A DNA stretch of 63,103 bases, the filler included, from Squatina squatina (taxonomy: Eukaryota), in NCBI GenBank assembly GCA_031763465.1. It is 4 parts of 4 records of this genome, joined end to end, with 100 filler letters (N's around TTAATTAATTAA, not from the genome) between each part and the next. Parts side by side here need not be neighbours in the genome. Positions count along the whole stretch, not along the records: positions 34,371 to 50,568 come from JARFOE010489563.1; 3 more parts are not named here. One strand, given 5' to 3'. The position numbers were made by a program, and so were the translations under genes. The notes beneath the pieces were generated by a model. That model was not told the DNA's origin, ran no database searches, and saw only the letters and a program-made list of their open reading frames with translations. Positions 37,843 to 50,624 of the stretch are shown in pieces (position 1 is the first letter of the stretch; the number at the start of each line of letters is the position of its first letter).

Positions 37843-40800
37843 GAGTACCACTAGTACAGGAGGAGCACGGTCACCGCGTGTGTAAGTGTAAGAGTACCAC
37901 AAGTATAGGAGGAGCACAGTCACCTCTAATGTAAGTGTAAGAGTACCACTAGTACAGGAGGAGCACAGTCACCTCTCGTGTAAGTTTAAGAGTACCACCT
38001 GTAAAAGGGGAGCACGATCACATCTGGTGTAGGTTTGCGAGTAGCATTAGTACAGAAGGAGCACCGTCATCTCTAGTGCAAGTGTAAGAGGATCAATAGA
38101 ACAGGAGGAGCATTGTAAGTGTAAGATTACCATTATTACTGGTGGAGAACCATCACCTCGAGTGTAAGTGTAAGAGTCCCACAAGTACAGGAAGAGCACA
38201 GTCAGCTCCAATGTAAGTGTAAGAGGACCACTAGTACAGCAGGAGCACGGTCGCCTCCAGTGTAAGGTAAGAGGACCACTAGTACAGGAGGAGCACAGTC
38301 AGCTCCAATATAAGTGTCAGAGTACCACTAGTACAGGAGGAGCAGGGTCACCTCTAGTGTAAGGTAAGAGGACCACTAGTACAGGAGGAGGACAGTCAGC
38401 TCCAATGTAAGTGTAAGTGCACCACTAGTACAGCAGGAGCACGGTCACCTCCAGTGTAAGGTAAGAGGACCACTAGTACAGGAGGAGCAGAGTCAGCTCC
38501 AATGTAAGTGTCAGAGTACCACTAGTACAGGAGGAGCACGGGCACCTCTAGTGTAAGGTAAGAGGACTACTAGTACAGGAGGAGCACGGTCACCTCTAGT
38601 GCAAGTGTAACAGTGCCACTAGTACAGGAGGAGCAAAGTCACCCCTGGTGTAAGTGTAAGAGTAGCACTAGTACAGGAGGAGCATGGTCACCTCTAGTGT
38701 AAGTGTAAGAGTGCCGCTAGTACAGGAGGAGAACGGTCACCTCTGGTGTAAGTGTAAGAGTACCACTAGTTCAGGAGGAGCACAGTCACCTCTAGTGTCA
38801 GTGTAAGAGTGCCATTAATACTGGTGGAGCACCGTCACCCCTCGTTTAAGTGTAAGGGGACCACTAGTACAGGAGGAGCAGAGTCACCACTGGTGTAAGT
38901 GTAATAGTACCACTAATACAGGAGGAGCACGGTAACATCCATTGTAAGTGTAAGATTCCATGAGTACAGGAGGAGCACGGTCACTTCCAGTATAAGAGTA
39001 AGATTACCACTAGTACAGGAGGAGCACTGTCACCTCTGGTGTAAGTGTAAGATTACCACGAGGACAGGAGGAGCACAGTCACCTCGACTGTAAGTTTAAG
39101 AGTACCACTAATTCAGGAGGAGCACAGTCACCCCAATGTAAGTGTAAGATTATCACAAGTACAGGAGGTGCACAGTCACCTCTAGTCTAAGTATAAGTGT
39201 ACCACTAGTATAGGAGGAGGACATTCACCACTGGTCTAAGTGCAAGAGTACCATGAGTACAGGAGGAGCATGGTCATCTCCATGTAAGTCTAAGAGTACC
39301 ACTACGGGAGGTGCACAGTCACCTATAGTGTCAGCGTAAGATTACCACTAGTGCAGGAGGAGCACTGTCACACCTAGTGTAAGAGTAAGAATACCAATAG
39401 TACAGGATATGAACGTTCACCTCTGGTGTAAGTGTACGAGTGCCACTAGTGCACGGAGGAGCACAGTCACCACACGTGTAATTGTAAGAGTACCACTAGT
39501 ACAGGAGGAGCATGGTTAATTCTCCTTTAAGTATAAGATTACCACTAGTACAGGAGGCGCACGGTCACCTCAATTGTAAGTGTAAGAATACCACGAGTAC
39601 AGGAGGTGACCGATCACCTCTGGTGTAAGTGTAATAGTGCCACTAGTACAGGAGGAGCACAGTAACCGCAAGTGTAAGTGTAAGAGTACCACTCGTACAG
39701 GAGGAGCATAGTCACCTCTAGTGTAAATGTAAGAGTACCACCAGTACAGGAGGAGCGCAGCCACCTCCAGTGTAAGTGTTAAATTAACACAGTACAGGAG
39801 GAGCATAGTCATCTGTCCTGTAAGTGGAAGAGTACCACTAGTACAGGAGGAGCACGGTCACCACTAGTCTAAGTATAACTGTGGACCTAGTACAGGAGGA
39901 GCATACTCACCTCTCGTGTCAGTGTAAGAGTACCACTGGTACAGGAGGTGCACGATCACCTCTGGTGTAAGTGTAATAGTGCCACTAGTACAAGAGGAGC
40001 ACAGTCACCACAAGTGTAAGTCTAAGCAGACCACTTGTACAGGAGGTGCACGATCACCTCTGGTGTAAGTGTAATAGAGCCACTAATACAGGAGGAGCAT
40101 GGCCACCGCAATTGTAAGTGTAAGAGTACCACTAGTACAGGAGGAGCACAGTCACCTCTGGTGTAAGTGTCATAGTGCCACTACTACAGGAGGAGCATAG
40201 TCACCGCGAGTGTAAGTTTAAGAGTAACACAAGTATAGGAGGAGCACATTCACCTCTAATGTAAGTATAAGAGTACCACTAGTACAGGAGGAGCACAGTC
40301 ACCTCTCGTGTAAGTTTAAGAGTACCACCTGTAAAAGGGGAGCACGATCACATCTGGTGTAGGTTTGCGAGTAGCATTAGTACAGAAGGAGCACCGTCAT
40401 CTCTAGTGCAAGTGTAAGAGGATCAATAGAACAGGAGGAGCATTGTAAGTGTAAGATTACCATTATTACTGGTGGAGAACCATCACCTCGAGTGTAAGTG
40501 TAAGAGTCCCAAAAGTACAGGAGGAACACAGTCAGCTCCAATGTAAGTGTAAGAGTACCACTAGTACAGGAGGAGCACGGTCACCTCTAGTGTAAGGTAA
40601 GAGGACCACTAGTAAAGGGGGAGCACGGTCACCTCCAGTGTAAGTTTAACAGTACCAACAGTACAGGAGAAGCACTGTCATCTCTAGTGCAAGTGTAATA
40701 GTGCCACCTGTACAATGGGAGCACGATCATATCTGGTGTAATTTTGAGAGTACCACAAGTACAGGAGGAGCACGGTCACTACTTGTGTAAGATTAAGAGT

Positions 40801-43800
40801 ACCATTAATACTGGCGGAGCACCGTCACCTCTAGTGCAAGTGAAAGAGTACCACAAGTACTGGAGGAGCACAGTCATCTCCAGTGCAAGTTTAACAGTGC
40901 CACTAGTACAGGAGGAGCAAAGTCACCTCTACTGTAAATGTAAGAGCACCACTAGTACAGGAGGAGCATGGTCAACTATAGTGTAAGTGTAAGATTTCTT
41001 CCAGTACAGGAGGAGCACGGCCACATCTATTTATCATAGAGATAACCATGCTCCTTCTATATTAGTGATACTCTTGGTACTCTTACACATACCTCTAGTG
41101 TATGATAGTAACACTAATGCAGGAGGAGCATGGTCACTACTTGTGTAAGTGTAAGTGTACCCCTAGTACAGGAGGAGCACAGTCAACTCTAGTGTAAGTG
41201 TAAGAGTACCACTAGTACAGGAGGAGCACAGTCAACTCTAGTGTAAGTGTCAGAGTACCACTAGTACAGGAGGAGCACAATCACCCCGAGTGTAAGTATA
41301 AGAGTAACACTAATGCAGGAGGAGCACGGTCACTACTTGTGTAAGTGTAAGAGTACCACTAGTGCAGGAGGAGCACAGTCACCTCTACTGTAAGGGTAAG
41401 AGCACCACTAGTACAGGAGGAGCACAGTCACCTCTAGTGTAAGTGTAAGGTTTCCACTAGGACAGGAGGAGCACAGTCACCTCTAGTGTCATTGTAAGAG
41501 TATCCCTAATACAGGAGGAGCATAGTCACCTCTGGGTAAGTGTAAGAGCACCATTAGTACAGGAGGAGCACAGTCCGCTCGAGTTTAACTATGCGAACCA
41601 CTAGTACAGGAGGAGCACAGTCACCTCTAGTGTGTGTGTAAGAATACCACTAGTACAGGAGGATACAGTTACCTCTGGTGTAAGTGTAAGAGTACCACTA
41701 GTACTAAAGGAGCACAGTCGCATCCAGTGTGTGTGTACGATTACCACTAGTACAGGAGGAGCACTGTAACCTCTGGTGTAAGTGTAAGATTACCACTAGT
41801 ACAGAAGGAAAGCAATCGCCTCCACTGTAAGTGTGAGAGGAACACGAGAACAGGAGGAGCACGGTCACCTCTCGTGTAAGTATAAGAGTACCACTCATAC
41901 ACGAGGAGCACAATCCCATCTAGAGTAATTGTAATAGTGCCACTAGTACAGGAGGAGCACAGTCATCACTAGTGTAAGTGTAAGAGTACCACTAGCACTG
42001 AAGGAGCACATTCACCTCTTGTGTAAGTGTAAGATTTCCACTAGTACAGGAGTAGTACTGCCACCTCTACTTACAATAGAAATGACCGTGCTCCTTCTGT
42101 ATTAGTGGTACTCTTACACTTATAACAGAGTAAGAGTACCACCACTACTGGAGGAGCACAGTCACCACTAGTGTAAGTGTAAGAGTACCACTAGTTCAGG
42201 AAGAGCACAGTCACCACCAGTACAAGTGCAAGTGTAGCAGTAGTACAGGAGGAGCACGGTCAACTCTGTTGTCAGTGTCAGAGTACCACGATTTCAGGAG
42301 GAGCACGGTCAACTCTATTGTAAGTGTAAGAGTAACACTAGTTCAGGAGGAGCATGGTCACGTCTCGTGTAAATGTAAGAGTACCGATAGTACAGGAGGA
42401 GCACCGTCACCTACAGTGTAAGTGTAAGACTACCACTGGTACAGGAGGAGTATGGTCACTTCTCGTGTAAGTGTAAGAATACTGCGAGTACAGGAGGAGC
42501 ACGGCCAACTAAAGTGTAAGTGTAAGAGTACCACTAATACAGGAGGAGCACCATCACCTCCAGTGTAAGTGTAAGAGTACCTCTCGTACAGGAGAAGCAT
42601 GGTCACTTCTCGGGTAAGTGTAAGAGTACAGCGAGTACAGGAGGAGCACAGTCAACTAAAGTGTAAGTGTAAATAACACTAGTACAGGAGGAGCACCATC
42701 GCCTCCAGTATAAGTGTAAGAATACCGATAGTTCAGAAAGAGCACAGTCACCTCCAGTATAAGTATTAATGTACCACTAGTACTGAAGGAGCACAGTCAC
42801 ATCTAGTGTAAGTGTAAGATTTCCACTGGTACAGGAGGAGCACGGCCACCTCTACTTACAATAGAGATGACCGTGCTCCTCCTGTACTCATGGTACTCTT
42901 ACACTTATACTGCTGGTGACTGTGCTCTTCCAAAACTAGTGGTACTCTGACCCTTACACTAGTGGTGACAGTGCTCCTCCTGTACTAGTGGTACTCTTAC
43001 ACTTATAATGCTGGTGACTGCGCGCTTCCTGAACTAGTGGAAAGCTTACACTTACACTCGTGGTGACAGTGCTCCTCCTGTATTAGTGGTACTCTTACAT
43101 TTACACTGAAGGTAATTGTAAGAGTATCACGAGTACAGGAGGAATGCAGTTCCTGCTAGTTTAACTATAAGCGAACCACTAGTACAGGAGCAGCACAGTC
43201 ACCTCCAGTGTAAGGGTAAGTATACCACTAGTACAGGAGGAGTACAGTCACCTCTAGTGTAAGTGTAAGAGTAAAACTAATACTAAAGGAGCATGGTCAA
43301 ATCTAGTGTAAGTGTAAGATTTCCACTGGTACAGGTGGAGCACGGCCACCTCTACATACAATAGAGATGACAGTGCTCCTCCTGTATTAGTGATACACTT
43401 ACACCTACACTAGAGGTAAGTATTAGAGTACCAATAGTACAGGAGGAGCACTGTCACCTCTAGTTTAAGTACAAGAGAACCACTCGTACAGGATGAGTGA
43501 TGTCACTGCCAGTGTAAGTGTAAGAGTACCACAATTACACGAGGAGCACAGTCACCTCTAGTGTAAGTGTAAGAGTTCCACTCGTACGGGAGGATCACAT
43601 TCACCTCTAGTGTAAGTGTAACTCTACCACTAGTACAGGAGGAGCAGTCACACCTAGTGTAAGAGGAAGAATGCCACTAGTACAGGATGAGCACAATCAC
43701 CACTAGTGCAACTTTACGAGTATCACTGGTACAGAACGAGCACAGTACCCTGTTGTGTAAGTGTACGACTACCACAATACAGGTGGAGCACGGTCACCGC

Positions 43801-44285
43801 TAGTGTAAGTTTAAGAGTACTACAATACAGGAGGAGCACGGTGACCTCTTGTGTAAGTTTAAGAGTACCACAATACAGGAGCAGCATGGTGACCTCTTGT
43901 GTAATTTTAAGAGTACCACCAGTACAAGAGGAGCACAGTCACCTCGAGTGTTGGTGTTGTGGTAAAAGTAGTATTGGAGGAGCTCAATCACACTCAGTGT
44001 AAGTGCAGGATTCCAGCAGTACCAGAGGAGCACGCACATCTCTGGTGTAAGTGTAGTGGCTCCACTTCTGCAGGAAGAGCACAAACACATCTAGTGTCAG
44101 TGGCCGGGTACCACCAGTATTTGAGCCGCACAGGCAATAGTAATATTAGTGTAGTGATGCCACTATTAGCAAAGCAGCACGTTGAATTGCAGGCATGCTA
44201 CTAGTACCTGAGGAGCACAGACACATCAAGTGTGAGTGTGCAGTACCACTAGTATGCAAGGGGCACTGACACCTCTAATGCTGCT
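37843..44285 (+). repeat. 49-bp satellite/minisatellite array, about 130 units
   Basis: Consensus AGTGTAAGTGTAAGAGTACCACTAGTACAGGAGGAGCACAGTCACCTCT; period 49 (e.g. units starting at 41191 and 41240). Units decay from about 43700 onward. Confidence 0.97.
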
Positions 44286-44607
44286 GGACTGGGATCATCT
44301 CCATGTTGCAGAACGTGTTTTACTGCCTGTTGTTGGGGACTTGGTGCACTAGGAATGAATCATGGACAGAGTCATGACGATTAGTACAAGGGGTCATGCC
44401 TTCACCAGCCCTGTAGGAATAGGATGAAACTATTACTGGGAGATTTCACGTTCCAGTTGCGAACATTGTTTCAATTTTGTATTTTTTAACTGTCCAATAA
44501 CAATTTCACCAGTTTCTCTCAATCAGATGTATCAGGCAAGAAAAATAATTTACCTCAGTCTATTTATTAGGTGACTGTAACTAATGGTAATTATGATTTT
44601 ACCTGAT

Positions 44608-44640
44608 TGAGTCACTGGAGGATTGATGTGTGGATAAATA
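44608..44640 (+). promoter_or_regulatory. Possible proximal promoter of the GPCR (AP-1 motif TGAGTCA and TATA-like GATAAATA)
   Basis: TGAGTCA at 44608-44614 and GATAAATA at 44633-44640, about 80-110 bp upstream of the ATG. Motif match only. Confidence 0.25.
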
Positions 44641-44720
44641 CAGGGATCCCTTCCATAGCCTCAGCCGTGCAGCAGTCAGAGTCCTTTCGCTCTGACAAAA
44701 TTTACCCATACTCACCGAAA

Positions 44721-44790
44721 ATGGGGCGACCAGCTATTCTGCTGATAGAAGAGATTTACTACTCAATTCTCGCAGCTGTCGGTGTTCCCG
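44721..44790 (+). pseudogene. GPR139/GPR142-like class A GPCR pseudogene, exon 1
   Basis: MGRPAILLIEEIYYSILAAVGVP followed by a phase-1 donor gtgagc at 44791. Splices in frame to 45233, giving GVPANL (TM1 GxxxN). Confidence 0.8.
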
Positions 44791-45232
44791 GTGAGCCATT
44801 CTAACCTGTTTGTTATTAGCCGGTGTTAACTGTCTCCCTGTTCATAAAGCCTGTTTGATAAGTTGATGTGTTTTCCGGATCTCAGCAGAATCGGTAGTGG
44901 CTGGAACCAGCTCGTGAACTGCATGTCCGCACGTTCCACTTCCCCTTTAATCTGATAACCTTAATGATGTTAAAATGTTCTTTGATGCTCCAACACAAGG
45001 ATTTTAGCGGATTTCCGGACTGTCTTGTCACCCGGTGCAGAGTGAACGCTGCAGCAGCTCATTAAAATGTGTTGGTGGGTTTCCCAGGTAACAGCTCCAA
45101 TACTAATCCTGTCCTCACACTGCTCTGTGTTGATAATCACACTGAAGGGAGGAAAATGCTTTTAACTGGAATCTCCATATATTTTTCAATCAGCCTTTGC
45201 AACATTATTTCTCTCCTCTCTCAGTCTTACAG

Positions 45233-46138
45233 CAAACTTGATGACAATCGTGATTTTCTCCCGAGGAAACTGCAGCCTTTCCAAGTTTATCTCTCTCTAC
45301 ATGGTGGCCATGGCAACAGCAGATCTACTGGCCATGATCATCAATGTAACAGTGTATTACATTTTCAGTTGCCACTTTCTACTTTCATTCCTGTCCTACC
45401 CTGCAGTGTGTAAGTTCATGTTGTACACAGCTGTTGTCGCCACCGATCTGTCTGTTTGGTTCATCGTCTCCTTCACATTTGACCGATTTGTTGTTATCTG
45501 CTGCCAGAAGTTTTAAACAAAATATTGCACTGCGAGAACTGCGGCCGCAGTTATAACAGCTTTCACGATCCTAATCTGTTTAAAGGGCATCGCAGTTTGG
45601 TTTGCAGTTGGCCCTCAGCCAATAATTAACAAGATGCCGTGGGGCTGCGGGTCAAGAGTGGCATTTATTTTCCTCACCTGCAGGTGTCGCTTACATCTGG
45701 CTTCACAGCGTCTGGGGCGTTTGGCTTCCTTTTACTTGCATTGCTTTGTTTAATTCTTTCACAGTCAGATGTATTTTAGCGGCCAATAGAGCTCAGAGGG
45801 GACTCCGGAGTCAGAGGAGTGACAATCAGTGTGATCCAGAGATGGAGAACTGAAGGAAATCCATCATTTTGCTCTTCACTATATCGGGCAGTTTTATAGT
45901 ACTGTGGCTGACAAATGCCGTGGGTTTTGTAACTAACAGAATGACAAACACCAATTATTATAGAGGTGACCTCACAGAGCCGAGATATATCGCCACAGCA
46001 ATTGGAACCATGCTGAAGTATTTGAGTTCCTCTCCAAACACGTGTATTTATGCAGCGACCCAGAAGGAATTCAGAGAAGAGCTGAAGAATATGGTGAAAT
46101 CTCCCTGGATACTGATTCTGAAATTAGTTAAAAAATAA
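45233..46138 (+). pseudogene. GPR139/GPR142-like class A GPCR pseudogene, exon 2 (TM1-TM7)
   Basis: TM2 MAxADLL, TM3 FTFDRFVVIC, TM5 LPFTCIALFN, TM6 LLFTISGSF, TM7 SSSPNTCIY..TQKEFREEL. Disabled by TAA at 45514-45516, a +1 frameshift near 45667 and TGA at 45851-45853. Confidence 0.85.
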
Positions 46139-46964
46139 GAATAAAAATAATCATCAAACAAAAGCTTCTTCGTCACTAAAGCTGAATTTCAACTCCGTTT
46201 CCACTGTAGAACGTCCTTCTTTCTGGTAATGTGAAAAAAATGGGAGAATTCTTGTGTGAACATTTCGTCCATTTTGTAGCGTGCGTTTGATGTCTGCATT
46301 GCTTTAGTTTTTCACAGTTCTTTTACGAAGGAAACATAACCTATTTCTGAATATTTATCACATTTCATGTTCAGGGATAAAAGATGATGATGAGGCCCAG
46401 CAGTGGAGTGGGACATGTGGGTAACAGAGGAATCCACCTTACACTGCAGATACTGGGAACGGGCGCGTCACTTTAAAATCATCAATAAGTTCTAATTCGG
46501 TGCCGAAACTATCAATGCCCTTGCGATAGCCGGTGTGGGTAATTTCCTGGAAGTTTAGTGTGAATATAGCAGGCACGGGTTTCTCTTACGTACACCATTC
46601 TTCATCACCAAATAGAGCGGGCTCTTATCACGAGAAGCATGTTCAAGTGGAGGAGACAGTAAGAACTCGACACATCGATGTGACCTTTCACCTCTTTTGT
46701 CCGAGATACTGCCTGAGAGTCTCGATTGTGCACTGATTGGTGTCTTTTAATCAGAAGAAAGATGGAGTCTGCTCTTGTGTGTTGTCACTTACAGTCTCAT
46801 GAGTAATATTATAGCTATTGTGTATTAACTAGTATCGCACAGGAATGCTAAAGGATAGCTAAATTAAGATTTAATCATAAAGTTCTCAACTATTACAATT
46901 TTACAAGTTATCTGTAAAACACTGCCAGAAATTCAGATAACATGAAACTGATACTTCAAGATTG

Positions 46965-47525
46965 CTGTGATTGGCTGACCAACATTTAGGCCACAGCTGG
47001 AATATTGCATGCAGTTCTGCTCACCACATTATGTGATTGCACTAGAGAGGGTAAAGAGGAGATTTATGAGAATATCGCCTGGACTGGAGAATTTTAGCTA
47101 AGAGGAATGATTGGATAGACAGGGGCTGTTTGCATTTGAGCAGTGGGAGCTGAGTGGAGGCTTAATTGAGGTGTATAAAATTATGAGGGGCCTAAATAGA
47201 ATGGTAGTAAGGGGCTAATTCCCTTAGCAAAGGAGTCAATCTCTGGGGTGCATAGATTTAAAGTTGGAGATTTCAAAGGGATTTGAGGAGAAATATTTTC
47301 ACACAGAGGGTGGTAGGTGCCTGCAACTCACGGCCAGAAAAGGTGGTAGAGGCAGAAACCTAATAATATTTAAAAAGTACCTGGATGTACAGTTCAGGTG
47401 TCATTATCTACAAGGCTACAGACCAAGTGCTGGAAAGTGGGAGTTTGCCGTTCGATCTTTGTCGGCCAGCACGGCACGATGGGCTGATTCGTCTTTTTAC
47501 TGTAAATGTTCTATGATTCTATGAT
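46965..47525 (+). mobile_element. CR1 3' end
   Basis: aggccacagctggaatattgcatgcagttctg (RPQLEYCMQF) through the tail ttctatgattctatgatt. Confidence 0.75.
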
Positions 47526-47679
47526 TTGCAGACAGTCAAAAAGAACCTTATGTAATTCTCGTCTTATTATACGTTACACATTGTTCCAAACAACAATTGA
47601 AAAATACAAGCAACTTTCAATCGGTTCCAAATTGTTCATTGGTGATCTCATCTGATTGTGCGAGCAACACCAAAGAATG

Positions 47680-48385
47680 GGAGCAGATTCTCAATGGGAA
47701 GGAGCTGAAGTCTGTAAATGGAGAGCGAGCGATAGAGATTCAAATAATTAATTCCAGGAAAGCACTATTGCGGGTGTATAAGCCCCTGAAAAAAACAGCA
47801 GAAATTTGTTGATATGGGCATAGATCACAAGACAAAACATGTCATGATAAACTTTTATAATTCGCTGGTAAGGCCACTGTTAGCTCACCAGATACAACTT
47901 TAAACCTTTATTGTGGAAAGGATAATCAGTGCAGTGAGAGCGGAGAGCAGAGATACACCAGGTTGGTGATATTGATCACAAATATACTGGTGATGAGGGA
48001 CAACATATTGGGACTATTTGCATTGGAGCAGGGATAGCTAAGGGCGGATTCAATAGACGTTCTAAACATTGAGAACAGTTTTGGCAGAGTGAATTAGAAA
48101 GCATTCCAACTAGTTGGTGATTCAGCGATAAAGGTCGATCGATTAAAAATGGTCACAAAGGGAATGAGCAGAGGGAGTAGCGGAAAATTGATTAGACAAA
48201 GGTCTGCTGGAGCATGGAACGTTCGGCCTCGGGAAGAGCTAAGGCTAAGGGGAAATTAGGTGAATATTTGAAACAGAAAAAAATAAATGTGTTTGGAGAG
48301 AGAGGAGGACAGTTGCTGTATCAAGGAACCCAGTAAAGATAAAATGTGTCAAAATGACTTTTCACAATCAGTACATTTCTGTGGT
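47680..48385 (+). mobile_element. Old CR1 3' fragment
   Basis: Degenerate LGLFALEQ..LRAD.IDV motif. Confidence 0.5.
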
Positions 48386-49580
48386 TTTATAGGGTTACCG
48401 GTGTTGGAATCATTTTCATTTTGTTGATTCCTAAGATAACCTCCTCCACGTTGAGATTCTATTAAACAAAACATTTAAAATTAAACCGTTACAAGGAAGA
48501 GCCCAGAGTTTCAAGAGTCACCCGTCCCAGACAGTTTCCCATTTGTGGATAACCTGCTTTAATTTTGTAATTCGCTGTCTGTACTTTGCTAGATCTCCCA
48601 ACCCATCCCACAATCTCTCACCATTTGTAGATGTGGAAATTTCTTCTCTGCTTCGGTCAAATCCCCCGAAACATTTCAACTGGATTTCCCCTGCCCTGCA
48701 GGCAAGTGATGTTTTTCCGATACTCCAGCAGGTTACATAAAGATGGCACATCGTCCGTCAAAGCAAAATAATTCCCTTTTACTTTGTTCCTTTACCAGGT
48801 GCTCACCCGCTGGAACTCGCCCGGCCTTATTATAAACACTGGGATTATTTTAGCCACTGTTGGATCTTCAGGAATTTTCACTAATTGAGCAAATTTACAC
48901 CCGTGTCAGTAAACAGCCACTCCTACCAGTCTTCATTCCTTGATCTGACGGTGTCTGTGTCCCTGGAATCCAGATTATTATTTTATGTGTTAAAACTTCA
49001 TTTGAAAATCGCTTTATCGCTGACACTCCAACATTTCTCCATCACTGATTCACTTGTCTTTTGCTCCGGACATTTAAGAAACTGCATTTGTCATTCTTTA
49101 TAATATTGCTGATAAATTTCTTGTATTTTTAAAATGATTTCCCTTAATCCTTACAATTGCCTCCGATATAATTAGTGTATGTACAGTGGCATTCTTCCGC
49201 TTTTAAGTGTGTAAATAAATAATGATTTCACACTCATTAATACTTTCTAAGCTACTTCGCGCTCTTGAACTCGAGCTTGGATCTTCTCGACTTCTTTCAC
49301 TGCCCGAGTCTCACTCACACAGCAGGTGGTTTACTGAAAATTGTGGATGTGCTTCATCCGCTGATATTACTGAGCGGTCACTCTCGGACAATGCAAGCAG
49401 TGTGGAATCATTCATCACTGGAGGAGTTCACTCTGCCTATTGTGCCTCTACTGACTCTTTGAAATAGGCACCTAACCAGTCTAACTCCACTACACTGTCC
49501 CCATCGACCAGCAAACCTTTCCTCTTCAAGTAAATATTCAATTACCTTTTTAAACTGACAATGTTGTAGAGATATCGGCA

Positions 49581-50022
49581 GTGCCTCTGTGGTGCAATTT
49601 TCGCCTCTCAGTCACAAGGTCGAGGGTAAAGTCCCGTTCCAGAAACATGAACATAAAATCAATGCTGACACCTCAATGCAGTGCTGAGGTGGTGCAGCAC
49701 TGTCAGAGGTGCTGTTTTTCGGATGAGCTGTGAAATCGAGGCCATGCCTGCACTTCCTTGTGTGTATAAATTATCTCATGGCACCAGCTCGAAGAAGAGC
49801 TGGGACTGTATTCTCCGTGTCCTGGCCAAAAGATATCAAACAAGGAGTATCACTGGATCAGATTTTCTGGTCATCATTGCATTGCTGTTTGTGGGACCTT
49901 GCTGAGCGCAAGTAAACTGCCGGTTTTCCGAGCTGACAATATGACCTTTCGTCAGAAGTACTTAATTGATGACAAAGCCCTGAGGGAATGCAAGGTGCTA
50001 TATAAATGCAAGTTTTTTTTCT
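49581..50022 (+). mobile_element. Deu-domain tRNA-SINE
   Basis: cgcctctcagtcacaagg head, tttcggatgag core, aaggtgctatataaatgcaag tail. Confidence 0.75.
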
Positions 50023-50178
50023 TTTTGAATCTGCTTCATTCTACCTTTCAGGCAGTGCATTCCAGACCGTAAAAATCACTGTGAAAAATCTCCTGATTTA
50101 CCCACTGGTTCTTTTGTCAACGACCTTATGTCTGTGCCCTTTGTTTAACAATCCTACTGGCAGTGGAAACAATTCATT

Positions 50179-50568
50179 TATAGAAACATAGAAAATAGGT
50201 GCAGGAGTAGGCCATTCGGCCCTTCGAGCCTGCTGCACCATTCAATACCATCATGGCTGAACATGCAACTCAGTACCCCGTACCTGCTATCTCCATACCC
50301 ACTGATCCCTTTAGCCGTAAGGGCCACATCTAACTCCCTTCTGAATATTGCTAATGAACTGCCCTCAACAACTTCCTGTGGTAGAGAATTACACAGGTTT
50401 ATAACTCTCTGGGTGAAAAAGATTTTCCTCATCTCGGTCCTGAATGGCTTACCCCTGATCCTTAAACTTTGACCCCTGGTTCTGGACTTCTCCAACATCG
50501 GGAACATTCTTCCTGCATCTAGCCTGTCCAATCCCTTAAGAATTTTATATGTTTCTATAAGATCCCCT
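50179..50568 (-). mobile_element. Relatively young CR1 3' end
   Basis: Open frame DRLDAGRMFPML.KSRTRGQSLRIRGKPFRTEMRKIFFTQRVINLCNSLP plus the tagaaacatagaaa tail. Confidence 0.85.
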
Positions 50569-50612
50569 NNNNNNNNNNNNNNNNNNNNNNNNNNNNNNNN
50601 NNNNNNNNNNNN

Positions 50613-50624
50613 TTAATTAATTAA
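50613..50624. other. Artificial scaffold linker TTAATTAATTAA
   Basis: Same 44N-TTAATTAATTAA-44N structure (50569-50668). Confidence 0.97.

Noticed and set aside
39570-44204. Short ORFs within the satellite (e.g. 40744-40986, 43706-44002)
   Set aside because: Chance read-through of a 49-bp unit that is not a multiple of 3; no domain similarity.
37843-44285. CRISPR-like array
   Set aside because: Units are head-to-tail with no unique spacers, there are no cas genes, and the context is vertebrate.
37843-44285. Immunoglobulin switch-like region (49-bp period as in mouse S-gamma; AGTA/AGCA RGYW motifs in each unit)
   Set aside because: No Ig exons nearby, and the unit lacks AGCT and G-run richness. 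The matching period is most likely coincidence.
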